Positions 51,856-64,000 of a stretch of 64,000 bases of DNA are shown in pieces. Position 1 is the first letter of the stretch. Every line of letters starts with the position of its first letter. Source of the DNA: Octopus vulgaris (Eukaryota); the NCBI GenBank assembly GCA_951406725.2, contig OX597821.1, positions 115,444,001 through 115,508,000 on the forward strand. The letters run 5' to 3'. The position numbers were made by a program, and so were the translations under genes. The notes beneath the pieces were generated by a model. It made no database searches. It was not told the DNA's origin and saw only the letters and a list, made by a program, of their open reading frames with translations.

Positions 51856-52405
51856 TCACATACATACACCATCATCATCATTTAATGTCCATCTTCCATG
51901 CATGCATGGGACAATTGACAGGAGCCAGCCAGGTAGAAAAACTACCCTAGGCTACTGTTTCTGTTTTGGCAGGGATTTTATGGCTGTATGCACTTCCTAA
52001 CACCAACCAATCCACAGAGTGGATTCAGTGCTTTATACATGCCACTAGCACAGGTGAGGTTAGTTTAGGCATGATTGTTACAGTTGGATGCCCTTCTAAA
52101 TGGCAAGCATCTGATTTTGGTCTGTCAGCATCAGTTGCAGTTTATTGAAATACATGCAAATATAAAAGTATTTGAAATTTTAAAAGTAGCATAGGATTAG
52201 TAATCTAGAATTTTATCTTTTGGAATTTGCTCACTATTTTCTCAATTTAAAAAATAAAGGCTTTCAAAATTAAGTGTTTGAAATTTTTTTTACTTTTCCA
52301 AAAATGTGTCATCTTTAATTATTCTGTTAAATATTTCATTAGTTTTTTGGTTTTTTTTGTATTTTAATATTTATATTATTTTGTATTTTATATTTATCAA
52401 ATAAT

Positions 52406-52620
52406 AAGGCGGTAAGCTGGCAGAATTGTTAGCATGCCATGTAAAATGTTTAGCAGCAGTTTGTCCATCTTTATATTCTGAGTTCAAATTCCACCTAGTT
52501 AGACTTTGTTTTTCATCCTTTCAGGGCCGATAAAATAAGTACCAGTTGAGTACTGAAGTCAATGTAATCCACTTATCCTCAGCAATTGCTGGCCTTGTGC
52601 CAAAATTTGAAACCAATATT
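52406..52620 (+). mobile_element. tRNA-derived SINE (Nin-domain-like) abutting the octapeptide exon
   Basis: Similar to 39778-40007 and 16563-16775; ends about 25 nt before the acceptor. Confidence 0.65.
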
Positions 52621-52643
52621 TATCAGATAATGTTTCATTTCAG

Positions 52644-52735
52644 AAATGGGCTTGTTCAGTCTATGGAACAATTATTGGAACACCAATGGGACTTGGGGTC
52701 TCAGTTTTTGATGGAACAGGGTCAGCATTTCGATA
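52644..52735 (+). CDS. MLLT10: AF10/MLLT10 octapeptide-motif exon
   Basis: tttcag|A AAT...GAT A|gtaag. Encodes NGLVQSMEQLLEHQWDLGSQFLMEQGQHFD; the AF10-family octapeptide is EQLLERQW. Confidence 0.93.
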
Positions 52736-54200
52736 GTAAGTTGTAACTTTGTTTTAGTAAAACTTCAAGCAAAATGTTTTAAAATATTTTTCTTAAAAAA
52801 TCCAGAAATTGCTGAAAAAGGAAGATACCACTTATGTTCTATTCTATAGGCATGAAAAGAAATATTTCCATATCTGAATCATATAGGAGTTGTGCATCAA
52901 GCATACACCTGACCAGGAGAACACCTTCTCCATCAATATATCGGACACAAATTGTGTTGTTAACCAGCTGGAGAAGGTGTTCTTCTGGGGTTAAAAATAT
53001 TGTAGTAACATCGTTCCGTATGGAACAGCCATGTTGAAGTGACAACAAACATGCCTTTTCAGGAATTTATAGAGATTTTAGAACTAGCTACTTTGCCAGT
53101 TTACAAATTATTTTTGTTTTGTAGAGATAGTCCAAATTTTAATTATCTATTACTATTACATTTTCATTAACTTAAATGAACATATAAATTTTCTGCCATT
53201 AAATTTTGTATTACAACCACTGCACCAAGGCACTTTTAAAGGCTTCTTATTTATGGTGAACTTTTAACAAAACTTTTAAAATTACAACAGGAAGAAAAAC
53301 TGTATCATTATTGCAACACATTGGAAAATTTAGATGAGAAATATATTCCAAAACATTAATGCACCTTGGGCTGAACTTAGTACTGGCAATATGTTCTATG
53401 TGGCAGTATGTTGTGCTGACTTTGACAAATGATTCTTCTGGTTTTGAATCATTGATTTAAAATTTTGCAGAAGGCATTGTTCAGAATGAGGAAAAGCCAT
53501 GGATTTAAAACTTCTTATACATCTAATGGCTGTGAGTGATTAACTCTCATTCAAAAGATCTTGATAATGAGACACTTTTTCAAATTGTCAAATAATGTTT
53601 ATGAAGAAGAGGAAGAAAATTTAAATGCAAATCTCATGGAAGAAACAACTCCATGAAATAGTTGGGGTTTTTTTTCCTGTGATTTAGCTTTTGCAAGAAA
53701 ATTTTAAATACTAATTTAAACATTGAAAAAAATATGGAATTTTAGCAAGCCTTGCAAACTTCACTTACATTTTACAAACACTATAAGAAGAGAAAGGAAA
53801 AATATTTTTTCCAGACTATGTTATTTAAATATGTAACATGCATCCTGTGCAGTTTGCCACAATGTGGCAGGGTGGTGGACTGCATTAAGCATGCTCTCTG
53901 AGGTATTGTATATTTATATATCCACACATTTTTGTATGTGTATTTAGATTTGAAGCTTTATCCTCTTGTCATGCTGAGTTTTCTTGTCTATGTCACCTCA
54001 TCCAAAAATAGGTTAAGGGATTTGATTAGAAGGTTAAGGAGCAATGAGGGAATAAAGTACTTGTTTTAAATGAACTAAATTTAACTAATAATATACCTTT
54101 AGAGTATGAAGCTGTAATTTTGAATTGTTATTCCATCTGTGGAGCTGTAATATTTGAATTGTTATTTCATTCTTCCTTACAAAATCTTGTTCTGTTGCAG

Positions 54201-54436
54201 TTGCTTCTCTTCTGAGTTTCTTGCATCAATTAAAAACAGAAAATCGACGACTTGAAGACTGTATTAAATCATTAACAGCTCGTCGAGACCATCTGCTTGC
54301 TTTGAATGCCCGACTTGCATTACCATTGAGTGCTCTCAACACATCACAGCTACTAGCAAAAGCTACTGGTTCTCCATGTGCTTTATTACAACAGCCCTAT
54401 CAGAATCCAGGCTGCACTGAAACAAACCTAGCTCAG
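54201..54436 (+). CDS. MLLT10: AF10/MLLT10 leucine-zipper exon
   Basis: ttgcag|TT GCT...CAG|gtaatt. Encodes ASLLSFLHQLKTENRRLEDCIKSLTARRDHLLALNARLALPL..., matching the AF10 zipper LHQLQVENRRLEEQIKNLTAKKERLQLLNAQL. Confidence 0.93.
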
Positions 54437-54548
54437 GTAATTGCACCCAGTTCTTTATATCTTTAAATGTGATATATTGTAATGTATTATGGATTTTGTT
54501 TACAATTCAAGCTTGTCTCTATCTTCTCTGTGAATTCTTCTTTTCCAG

Positions 54549-54642
54549 GATAGCGTCAGTAATAGTCATACTCCATCTCATCATAGTCCTGCTCAACAGC
54601 AATCATCCACCCCAGGACGAACGCACATTTCAAGTCCAAATG
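54549..54642 (+). CDS. MLLT10: AF10/MLLT10 coding exon
   Basis: ttccag|GAT AGC...AAT G|gtaatc. Encodes DSVSNSHTPSHHSPAQQQSSTPGRTHISSPN. Phase 0 to 1. Confidence 0.8.
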
Positions 54643-54707
54643 GTAATCCGATTAAGATTCCGTACTCATATTTTTAAAAATATTTCTTCATTAAATTATT
54701 AAATATT

Positions 54708-55015
54708 TAGTTGTGATCCCTGTGCCAGTGGCACATAAAAAGCACCATCCGAATGTGGCCGATGCCAGCTCCGCCTTGACTGGCTTCTGTGCCGGTGGCA
54801 TGTAAAAAGCACCAACCAATCGTGGCCGTTGCCAGCCTCGCCTGGCATGTAAAAAGCACCCACTACACTCATGGAGTGGTTGGCGTTAGGAAGGGCATCC
54901 AGCTGTAGAAACACTGCCAGATCAGACTGGAGCCTGGTGCAGCCTTCTGGCTTCCCTGATCCTGGTCAAACCGTCCAACCCATGCTAGCATGGAAAACAG
55001 GCGTTAAACGATGAT
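54708..55015 (+). mobile_element. SINE-like repeat, subfamily A
   Basis: Diagnostic sequence and ttaaacgatgat tail. Confidence 0.8.
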
Positions 55016-55374
55016 TATTTAATAAAACTGGTAATTATGACAGTTCTACTACTCTTTAGTCGCTATTTGCCTATAGTTTCTATTTTTTCCAAAAGTAGTT
55101 AAAACAAATACAGTTATCTTCTGTATTGCATTTTCTAGAATTATTGCAGTGTATCTTTGAATGTTTTTGAAAGTAAAACCAATTGTAAAGCTTTATTTAG
55201 TATTTTAGTATTGAATGCTGAAAGATGTTGAATGGATTTGATATCTGGTTATCTTGAAAATATTTTAACTATTACATCAGCTACAAGAAATCAGTTCATC
55301 TCTGTTTCAGTTTCCTGTTCTGAATTGTATTGAAAGCGTCATGATTAACTCGTGTGTATATTTATACATTGTAG

Positions 55375-55514
55375 GTTCATATCAAGGAAGTAGCCACAGT
55401 CTTCAGCAGTCAGGTTGTAGTCCTATACAAACTTCACTTAGTCGGTCTTCAAGTGTGCTAGTAGGATCAACTTTGGACTCCTCTCGACTTCAACATGACT
55501 TATCCAGTACTCCA
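55375..55514 (+). CDS. MLLT10: AF10/MLLT10 coding exon
   Basis: ttgtag|GT TCA...CCA|gttagt. Encodes SYQGSSHSLQQSGCSPIQTSLSRSSSVLVGSTLDSSRLQHDLSSTP. Phase 1 to 0. Confidence 0.75.
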
Positions 55515-56531
55515 GTTAGTCATTGATATTTTTAATTTTTTTGCATATCAGTTTGGTATTTATTTTTGTGTTATTTCATGTTGGAAATGTTTAATGTTTA
55601 TATATTTGTATTTTCTGCAACAACTAACCTTTATTTGGTCTTAGAAATTTACCTTGTTTGTTTTAGACTTTAATTCGTTCTACAGAGCAGCTATTGCCAC
55701 ACGCACATTTTAAAATTAGCAAAATTTACCTAAAAACAAAAAGACAAGATCCACTTCTGTGTGTGTTGACTTAATTTTTAAAATAAATTCTGATTAGTTG
55801 ATATTATTGGAGTTATCTCCTTAGGTTTTTGTTTCCAGATTTTAAACACTCTTAGAGGAAGTTACTGTCTACTAATTGCCTGGATAATCTCAATTAATGA
55901 AACTTATTCAAGTCTTTATATTACTGGCGAAATGGAACCAGATATTTTTAAAATGCTTCTAATGGAAGTTACAATTTGGCTAGAAGTTATTTTGTAATTC
56001 AGTGTCAGATTTGTCCTTTCACCTCCTGTCAGTGTATGGAAACATTTCAGTTTTATTTATTTAAAATTTCAAGCAGAAAAGTGATATATAAAATGAATAA
56101 CTTTTTTTCTTTTAAATTGTTTTATTTAATGGGTTTTAGCTTAAGTTATTAACATTATAGCTGAAAACTATTATACAAATATCTACTCCATGGTGATGTA
56201 TTTAGATTTCCATCCATTTGCAATATTACCATTCCTTTAAACTGGCAGGAAAAAATTTTTAAACTATCTTGGATAACACTATACTATAATTAAAAATTTT
56301 TTTGACTGTTACTATTAATTTTCCAGTTAAAGGATTTAGAAATTTTAGAGGTTAGGGGTTCTTTTTCACTTACAAGGCTTCTCTTTTAAAAAAGGCTAAA
56401 ATGCTACTGTTGTATTTATTGACTAGTCCACTTATCTGAATTTCAGTTAGGTTTTTTTTAATGATTTCGACATGTAAAGCTATTTTATATATAATATTTT
56501 AATATTTTTTCATTTTATTTCTGTTTCCTAG

Positions 56532-56729
56532 GACCAGCATTCCCTCGTAGTGTACCCAGTACTGCAACAGTCACAAGCATCGCTCTCACAGGGACCAATT
56601 CAAAGTTCTAAATCAACCAACTCTCCAAGCAATCTAATACCACCCACATCATCTGCACCATTCAATAGTACAGAGGCTCAAATTTCCAATAAAACAAGTC
56701 ATGACACAAAAATTAAAGAAAAGTCCTGA
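56532..56729 (+). CDS. MLLT10: AF10/MLLT10 terminal coding exon
   Basis: ttcctag|GAC CAG...AAG TCC TGA. 65 codons plus stop, open in phase 0 (DQHSLVVYPVLQQSQ...KIKEKS*). Confidence 0.75.
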   Translation, partial: DQHSLVVYPVLQQSQASLSQGPIQSSKSTNSPSNLIPPTSSAPFNSTEAQISNKTSHDTKIKEKS

Positions 56730-58070
56730 CATTATATTTTTTAGGTTGATCTCTTATCTGGTAAACAACATAGCACCGAGTTTCAAAGGGTTCTGATGTT
56801 GCAGGACCCAGGTGGTTATACTGATTAGTCACTATCCCTCTGTAGTGGATTCTAATCTCATCTCATCTATGTTATACATTGTTTCTACTTTGACATTATG
56901 GTGATTGCTTTGTGCTTGACACATCAGTTTTTACCAACGTTTCATCATGGGCCATACTAGTCACTATTGTTGGTCTCTGTCAAAGAAAATAGAACAAGGT
57001 ATTGTTTCAAGTTCGTTTCTGAACTGGGAAAAAAATTTCATCATATCGAAACTGTGCGATATGAGTTTCTACCTCCAACTTGGATTTTGTGAAATGGATA
57101 TTTCTAACCTGGATCTCATGTGATTTCTTTTTGTAGCCTGGCTCATTAGAGCAAAGCGATTACATTTATTTGCAACTGGTTGTTGTCTAGGAATGTGCAT
57201 CATTTCAATTTACTGGTTGGTTAAAGAGGCATCTGTGCATGATATAGTCACTTACCTTGCATATTATCCATCTAACAACTACATCTTCCCTTTCGGTAGA
57301 AAACTTCATCCCACCTTTTTTTTTTTTTTTTTGTCCCTTTTAGTCATAATATTGAGGATTTATTAAGGAAGAATCATGACTTAAATCTTTAGGATTTTAA
57401 ATTTATAAATTTAAAATATATGCAACAAAATATTGATACGGCTTATGAAGTCTGAAAAGTAAAGTTAGTCTCTCATTGGAAAATGCATTAGAATATTGGC
57501 CCAGATTCAGTGGATTTACGTTCAACTCAACTGTTCAGCTAATTTTACACCTTTGTGACATCCATGTGACTAATTACTTGTTCACATTTGACAACAGAGT
57601 ACCTCCTGTAAATAACTGTTGTAATGTGGCTAATGTCATCTCACCATTGGCATTGTTAATAACAGTTAGCATAATAACAGTTTCCAATTCATGTGTTGTT
57701 TTTTTAATCTATCACATTATTAAAATCTGCTTACTTATAGTTGATTTTGAGAAATTTTTTTTGTCATGCTGCTAGTCATTAGCAGTTATAACGAATTAAC
57801 ACCTAACGAAATACAGATATGTATTATATTGTTAAACAGTGTTCATCAACTGCCAGGTCCAATCTCTTTAGGGTGTTTTAATTCCCTTGTTGATAACAGT
57901 TGCTTCAAACATAGGAAAATACACTTAAAATAGCCAGATTTAGTTGAAATATTTCTTTATGCTAACTCACAGCCTGGTGTAATAAAAGCTGTAACTTCTG
58001 AAGTTTAATAATCATCATTGTATCATTGTTACCTGAAATGCAAATGGTGTACTCTTCCCTCCATATTAAT
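56730..58070 (+). other. Probable 3' UTR of MLLT10
   Basis: About 1.3 kb after the stop with no recognisable SINE or LINE. U-rich tract near 57316. AATAAA at 57981-57986. The end point is a guess. Confidence 0.45.
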
Positions 58071-58121
58071 ATTTTTGTTTTATTTTCATTCAATAATTTT
58101 ATGAATGTTTGTTTGCCTTTA

Positions 58122-58241
58122 TGTATATATATATATATATATGCATATCTATATGTATATATGCATATATATATGTGTATATATATGTATATATATATAT
58201 ATGTGTGTATATATGTATATATATATGTATATATATATGTG

Positions 58242-58314
<73 letters not shown>

Positions 58315-58400
58315 GCGCATGTGTGTCTGCATATATACATATAACACACATATACATAAAGTATATGTATGTGTTTGTGTGTTTTATGCATACATATAAT
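58122..58400. repeat. (TA)n/(TATG)n compound microsatellite
   Basis: Seen directly. Confidence 0.95.
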
Positions 58401-58619
58401 GTATATATTTTTACTCTCTTAACTGCTCCACTCCATTAGCTGTGGCACCTTTGTTAGTGGTACTTTTAATTTATTCATTTCTGTGGCCCGCTCTATGTTT
58501 GGTTTTGGTGAATGAGGGAGTTAGATATCACAACCCTCTTGCCATGATGTAGGTTGATCAGAGATCTCAGATGAAAGAATGTCTAAGTGTTTTTGCAATA
58601 AATCCACATATACTCCTTG

Positions 58620-58796
58620 TTGATCTCTTAGGTTTTTGGCAAAACATTGAGAAGTTGTGAACCTTTGAACTGTTAAACTATTGGGTCATTACTCTAGATA
58701 GAGGCCAGGGAATTCACTACTCTGCAGTGGCACCAAGTTTGAAGATTGATATAGCTTTCAGTTCCAAAGTTTAGCACTAGACCTTCCAGGATCTTC

Positions 58797-58837
<41 letters not shown>

Positions 58838-59260
58838 CACTACATATCTTTCATATCTTTGATCCAGGGAGTAAAGCTCTAGTACATTCAACTTCTCCCA
58901 GTGGCTCATCTCTTACACTGAATAATCTTGGTGGGGCAGTGCTGCCCCAAGTTACACTGTTAGTTATACCCTAATGGGTAACCATAATTGAAAGCAGTAG
59001 TTCAAGCAGCTGTGAACAAATGTTCCCCACAGCACCAACGTGGTTTCCTGTTTTCTTGTTCTAAACAAACTCAGAATCTAGCTAACTAGTTGCAAGCACA
59101 TTATTTCTGTCTTAGCAATATGTGCCTGAAGTCATCAATTTGAACTACATGTTGCTTTCTTCACCTTAGTTGCATATTGTGCTTAGGTCTTGGTGTAATT
59201 TTGCATTATCATCAGGGTGCATGATACATCTGATTATTTCATATCATCAGCATAGCTGGA
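58620..59260 (-). mobile_element. CR1-like LINE remnant (same family as 27700-28960)
   Basis: Minus-strand YADD and LELYSLDQRYERYVVI...WKILEGL, interrupted by (TA)n. Confidence 0.6.
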
Positions 59261-59897
59261 GAGAAAAGTTGACTGTATGACTGAGAGCATGTCTGAAAGA
59301 GCCACCACAAATAAGTGATCCCAGTAGAGTTCCTGAAGGAACTCTCATTAGAATTAAGAATGTTGTGTGTGTGCGTGCACATGCACGTACATATGTGCAT
59401 GTATATATTGTACAAAGTACATGTGTTTGAGTTTATATACACACACACACATATATATACACCATCATCATTTAATGTCTGTTTTCCATGTTGACAGGGA
59501 ATGGCAAGGCCAGGAACCGCACCAGGTTCCATTGTCTGTTTTGGTATGGTTTCTACAGCTGATGCCCTTCCTAACACCAACCCCTTTACAGAGTGTACTG
59601 GCTGCTTTTTATATGGCACCAGCACTTGTGCATGTGTGTGTCTATGTGTATCTGTTATTGCTATAAACCACAGCTTAAGAATATTTATTTAAAACCTCCG
59701 TATGGTCTGTTACACTCCTGTACATATACCCATGAGATGTACTGTTGTTACTATGTAACATAATCTACATAATCATATGATGCAGGTGCACAAGTTGTCA
59801 GTCATAGTGTACACTTGCTGTGTTTACATATATGGATATAAGTATGATATAGATGTATATCATATATAGAAAGTGTGTGTGTGTGTGTGTGTGTCTA

Positions 59898-60183
59898 TCA
59901 TTATCGTTTAACGTTCGTATTCCTTGCTAGCATGGGTTGGACAGTTCGACTAGGGTCTGTGAAGCCAGAAGGCCGCACCAGGCTCCAGTCTGATCTGGCA
60001 GTGTTTCTACAGCTGGATGCCCTTCCTAGTGCCAACCACTCCATGAATGTAGTGGGTGCCTTTTACGTGCCACCGGCACAGGTGCCAGGAGAGGCTGGCA
60101 ACGACCACGATCGGTTAGTGGTTGTTACGTGCCAACGACACGGCAGCCAGTCAAGGCGGCACTGGCATTGGCTACATACGGAT
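59898..60183 (-). mobile_element. SINE-like repeat, subfamily A
   Basis: Diagnostic sequence. Confidence 0.8.
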
Positions 60184-60404
60184 AAGATGTATACATATAT
60201 ATTTATACATACACTTGCACACACAAACACCACAGGCTTCCACAGAGTTGCTGTCTGATAAATTCATTCAGAAGCCATTGTAGCTACAATTGAAGACTCT
60301 TCCTTAAATTGTTGTCCAGTGGGACTAAACCTGAAACCGCATGGTTGTAATTTAAACTTTGTCACACTATATATATATGCATAAATTGAGTGTGTGTGTG
60401 TGTG

Positions 60405-60450
<46 letters not shown>

Positions 60451-63400
60451 ATTTTAAATGAGGGTGAGAAATTAGATATTAATTTAATTAACATCGATTT
60501 CACACCAGCAATCTAGCATATAAAATTACTGAAAGTTCAGTAAAATTGTATTATATACATATTAGAGGGAAACCACTATGTGGACACCCTTATGCTAGAA
60601 ATGGATCCGCTCCAAGCAAAACTCTAAGGAAGCTGACTTTTTTTTTAATATAAACATATGTTTGTATACTTGTACATACATAATACATATATATATATGT
60701 ATGTATGTACAAGTATACAAATATATGTTTTATATTAAAAAAAAAGTCAGCTTCCTTAGTGTTTTGCTTGGAGCTGGGCAATTCTTAACTGATGCCGAAT
60801 ATGTTTTTAGTTTATACTAGGGAGTGTTGACCTTGGAATGGTGTGTTTTAGTGAGGTATGTGTTTTTGAAAGCTAATTTAATGATTGCAATGGAAAAATA
60901 CTGTTAATGTATCTGTACGTATAAACGGATTGGCACTATCCTTAACTGGGCTCATGTTTACATTATCCATAGAGTTGATTGAAATTCTTATAGTGAAATG
61001 AGGAGATGATCTTTGTACTGTCTTTGTGGACAGGATTTAACTGATATTGTTAGAGATAGGTTAAAGTTTGGAAATAAATTGTTCTAATTTGTAAGTCAAA
61101 TTTCTGAAAATCTAAGGTTAGATATTGTGGATTAGAAATATATGGAAATTTAGAGACAAAAACTAATGCATGTACCTATGCACATTATATATGTGTGTGT
61201 ATGTGTGTAAGCCCAGGCAAGGCTGTGTTTAAGAAGTTCCCTTCTCAACCACATGGCTTTAGGTTCAGTCCCACTTTGTGGCACCTTAGATGTGTCTTCT
61301 ACTATAGCTCCAGGGTGAACTGAAAGAAAGCTATTGTATGGTGTGTGACATGGTATCATAATTGTGAGTCACTACCATATAAGTATCGTCCTTTGTTTTC
61401 AGTCTTCAGTGTAAACAGGAAAGGCATCAAGCAAGCTCTTCAACAGCCTACAGTCCTTCCTGTTGTCAAACCATAGCCAAGACTGGAAGCAAATAAGATC
61501 ACTTGTACGATGTGATGCTTGTTCATATGAAGTTAAAAAAAGGGCGAAAGAAGTTTTAATGAGAATCAGTTCTGACGAGAGTGATGTTGATTAAAATTTG
61601 GTTTGATATGAATATAATGCTAAAAGATTATGTAAATGTGTGTGTGTATATATATATATACGTGCACACACACACACATATTGGCATTAGAAAGGGTATC
61701 CAGCAATAGAAACCATGCCCAGACAGTAGGCCTTGACGCAGTCTTCTGACTTGCCAGCTCCTGTCAAATGCTACAGGCAGTTTCATGTGGAAAATGCTGC
61801 AATTTTTCAAGTCTTCCTCTTAAGAATGTAGGATGAGGCTATGTGAGAGAGACTACACAATATTTACAAGACTTCAAAATGTTTTGGTTATTTTCTTGAC
61901 TTGGCCTTGGTGATTTTGCAAATATTGATAAAAATAAGTCCATACATGAGTTGCTTCCCCTCTGCTGTGTATAATAATCTGTACACGGGCTTTTTTTTTT
62001 TTTTTTGAAGCCTCATAAAAGTTTACGTAATCTCATCTAGTTACATCCAGCATGGAGGCTAGTTATCAACAGTTTTAAGTGGTATGCTTAAATGAGTTTT
62101 CCACATGAAACCATTGGTAGCATTGTTTACTAATGCACAATAAAATAAAATATAGGGAGATGTACATGCCTAGCAAGTGGCCTGATCTGAGATCATGTGC
62201 TGAAACAAAAACAATTGCAGTGTAGAAGGTGTTTATAAGCCATTTAAAAGCACAAAAAAAACTTAGATTCACTTCAACATTTTAAAGTTGTCAAAGTTTT
62301 TTTTCCGTGCAGCAGGTCGCGGTCTCAAAGCAACGAAGATATTTTGACAAATTAAATTTAAATGTTGAAGTGAATCCAACGGTTTTTGTGTGTTTTTAAA
62401 TGGCTTATAAACACCTTCCACAATGCAAAAAAATATATATTTATTCACTAAATGTGGTGTTGAGTACTTATTGGCCACTTTCGTGTGTGTGTGTGTGCAC
62501 ACACATATATATATATACACACATAGATACTTACATAGAAGTATATGAGGTAAAGCAAACATTCAGGAGTGGCTATGTGGATGAGGAGTTTTGAGTTCAG
62601 TTTCACTGTGTCATACCTACGAGTGCGACACAAGGCTTGTGAGTGGTTTTGGTAGAAAGAAATTGAAAGAAGCTCGTCATATATGATTTATATACATGTG
62701 TGTGTGTGTTTGTGCAAGTGAGTTCATATTTCTCTTTGTGGTCATGTGTTTATGGTTATAAGCAGTGACGGCATCATTTGCCTGTATGACACCATAAAAG
62801 CACATCTGGGCTTCGACGCGTTGCTCATTCAAATGGTATCATTTGTTTCCAGTTCTCTGTGTATTTATGTCTGAGGTGTTTGTTATTTGATAGACTGAGA
62901 GATTACTACCTCATTTGGAAACTGGTGGCAGTTGGTATCAGGGAGGGCATCTGGCTATAAAAAAAAATTTGCTTCAGCATATTGTCTGGCCTGTGCAAGA
63001 ATTGGAAAATAGACTTTAAAACACAGTGATGTTGATAACGATTATGTGTGTGTGTGTGTATGCATGCATAAATGCAGCAATATAAATTTCTTAATAGTTC
63101 TATTTTATAAACCTTGGCTCAGATGAAATCAAAAGAAGAGCAAACGAAATGAGTTTTACTGAGAAGCTGGAACTAGTATGAACGAACAGTAATGTTGGTA
63201 TAAATTTGGTTAAAATTTAGTTTAATTTGAGAATGACAACACACTAATTAAGAATTAAATTATGTAATATTGTGTTATTGACCTTTAAGCCACTGTTACT
63301 CAGCATAAATAAAATAAATACCCAATATTGATATTTTTAAATACTCATCTAGATACAGTTACTATGTAAATATTTACCTGGATGCCTCATTGTACAAAAA

Positions 63401-63519
63401 TTCAACATGACGATTGCTTCCCAATATTATGAAAGTACTTGTGTATATACAAAAATAAAAGAAATAAATCATGAAAATCCTATGAAATTGGTATTTAATT
63501 GACTTATATGTGTATATAT

Positions 63520-63950
<431 letters not shown>

Positions 63951-64000
63951 AACAATAATGATGATATAAGGTCATTACATATTTTTTCTTTATTGTAGTA

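Noticed and set aside
56727-56744. TGA-C stop context suggesting readthrough or selenocysteine
   Set aside because: An in-frame TAG follows four codons later, and no SECIS was recognised.
1788-60258. Recurrent short ORFs containing LQLDALPNANHS
   Set aside because: Chance frames inside a non-coding SINE-like repeat; starts and ends differ between copies.

Overview
AT-rich, repeat-dense animal genomic DNA. The SINE, LINE and (TA)n landscape looks like a coleoid cephalopod (probably Octopus); this is inference from the repeat families. The window holds most of one + strand gene, an MLLT10/AF10 (Alhambra/ZFP-1-like) orthologue. Fifteen GT-AG coding exons between 11077 and 56729 join in frame (2355 nt, 784 aa plus stop) and encode the Zn-knuckle/PHD2 part of the PZP domain, a long Ser/Thr-rich linker and the DOT1L-binding octapeptide motif-leucine zipper. 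The PHD1 exons were not found and are presumably upstream. Introns are filled with SINEs, RTE and CR1-like LINE remnants (one young RTE with a 14-bp TSD), Helitron-like pieces, foldback elements and microsatellites. Main findings: (1) several type I hammerhead-ribozyme motifs of different families in the introns, including an apparently intact one at 48112-48191 inside a 356-nt partial-tandem, inverted-end element resembling a Penelope-mobilised non-LTR retrozyme; (2) the octapeptide reads EQLLEHQW, and its CAC codon would revert to canonical Arg by a single A-to-I edit. All structures were read by eye; no searches or folding programs were run.
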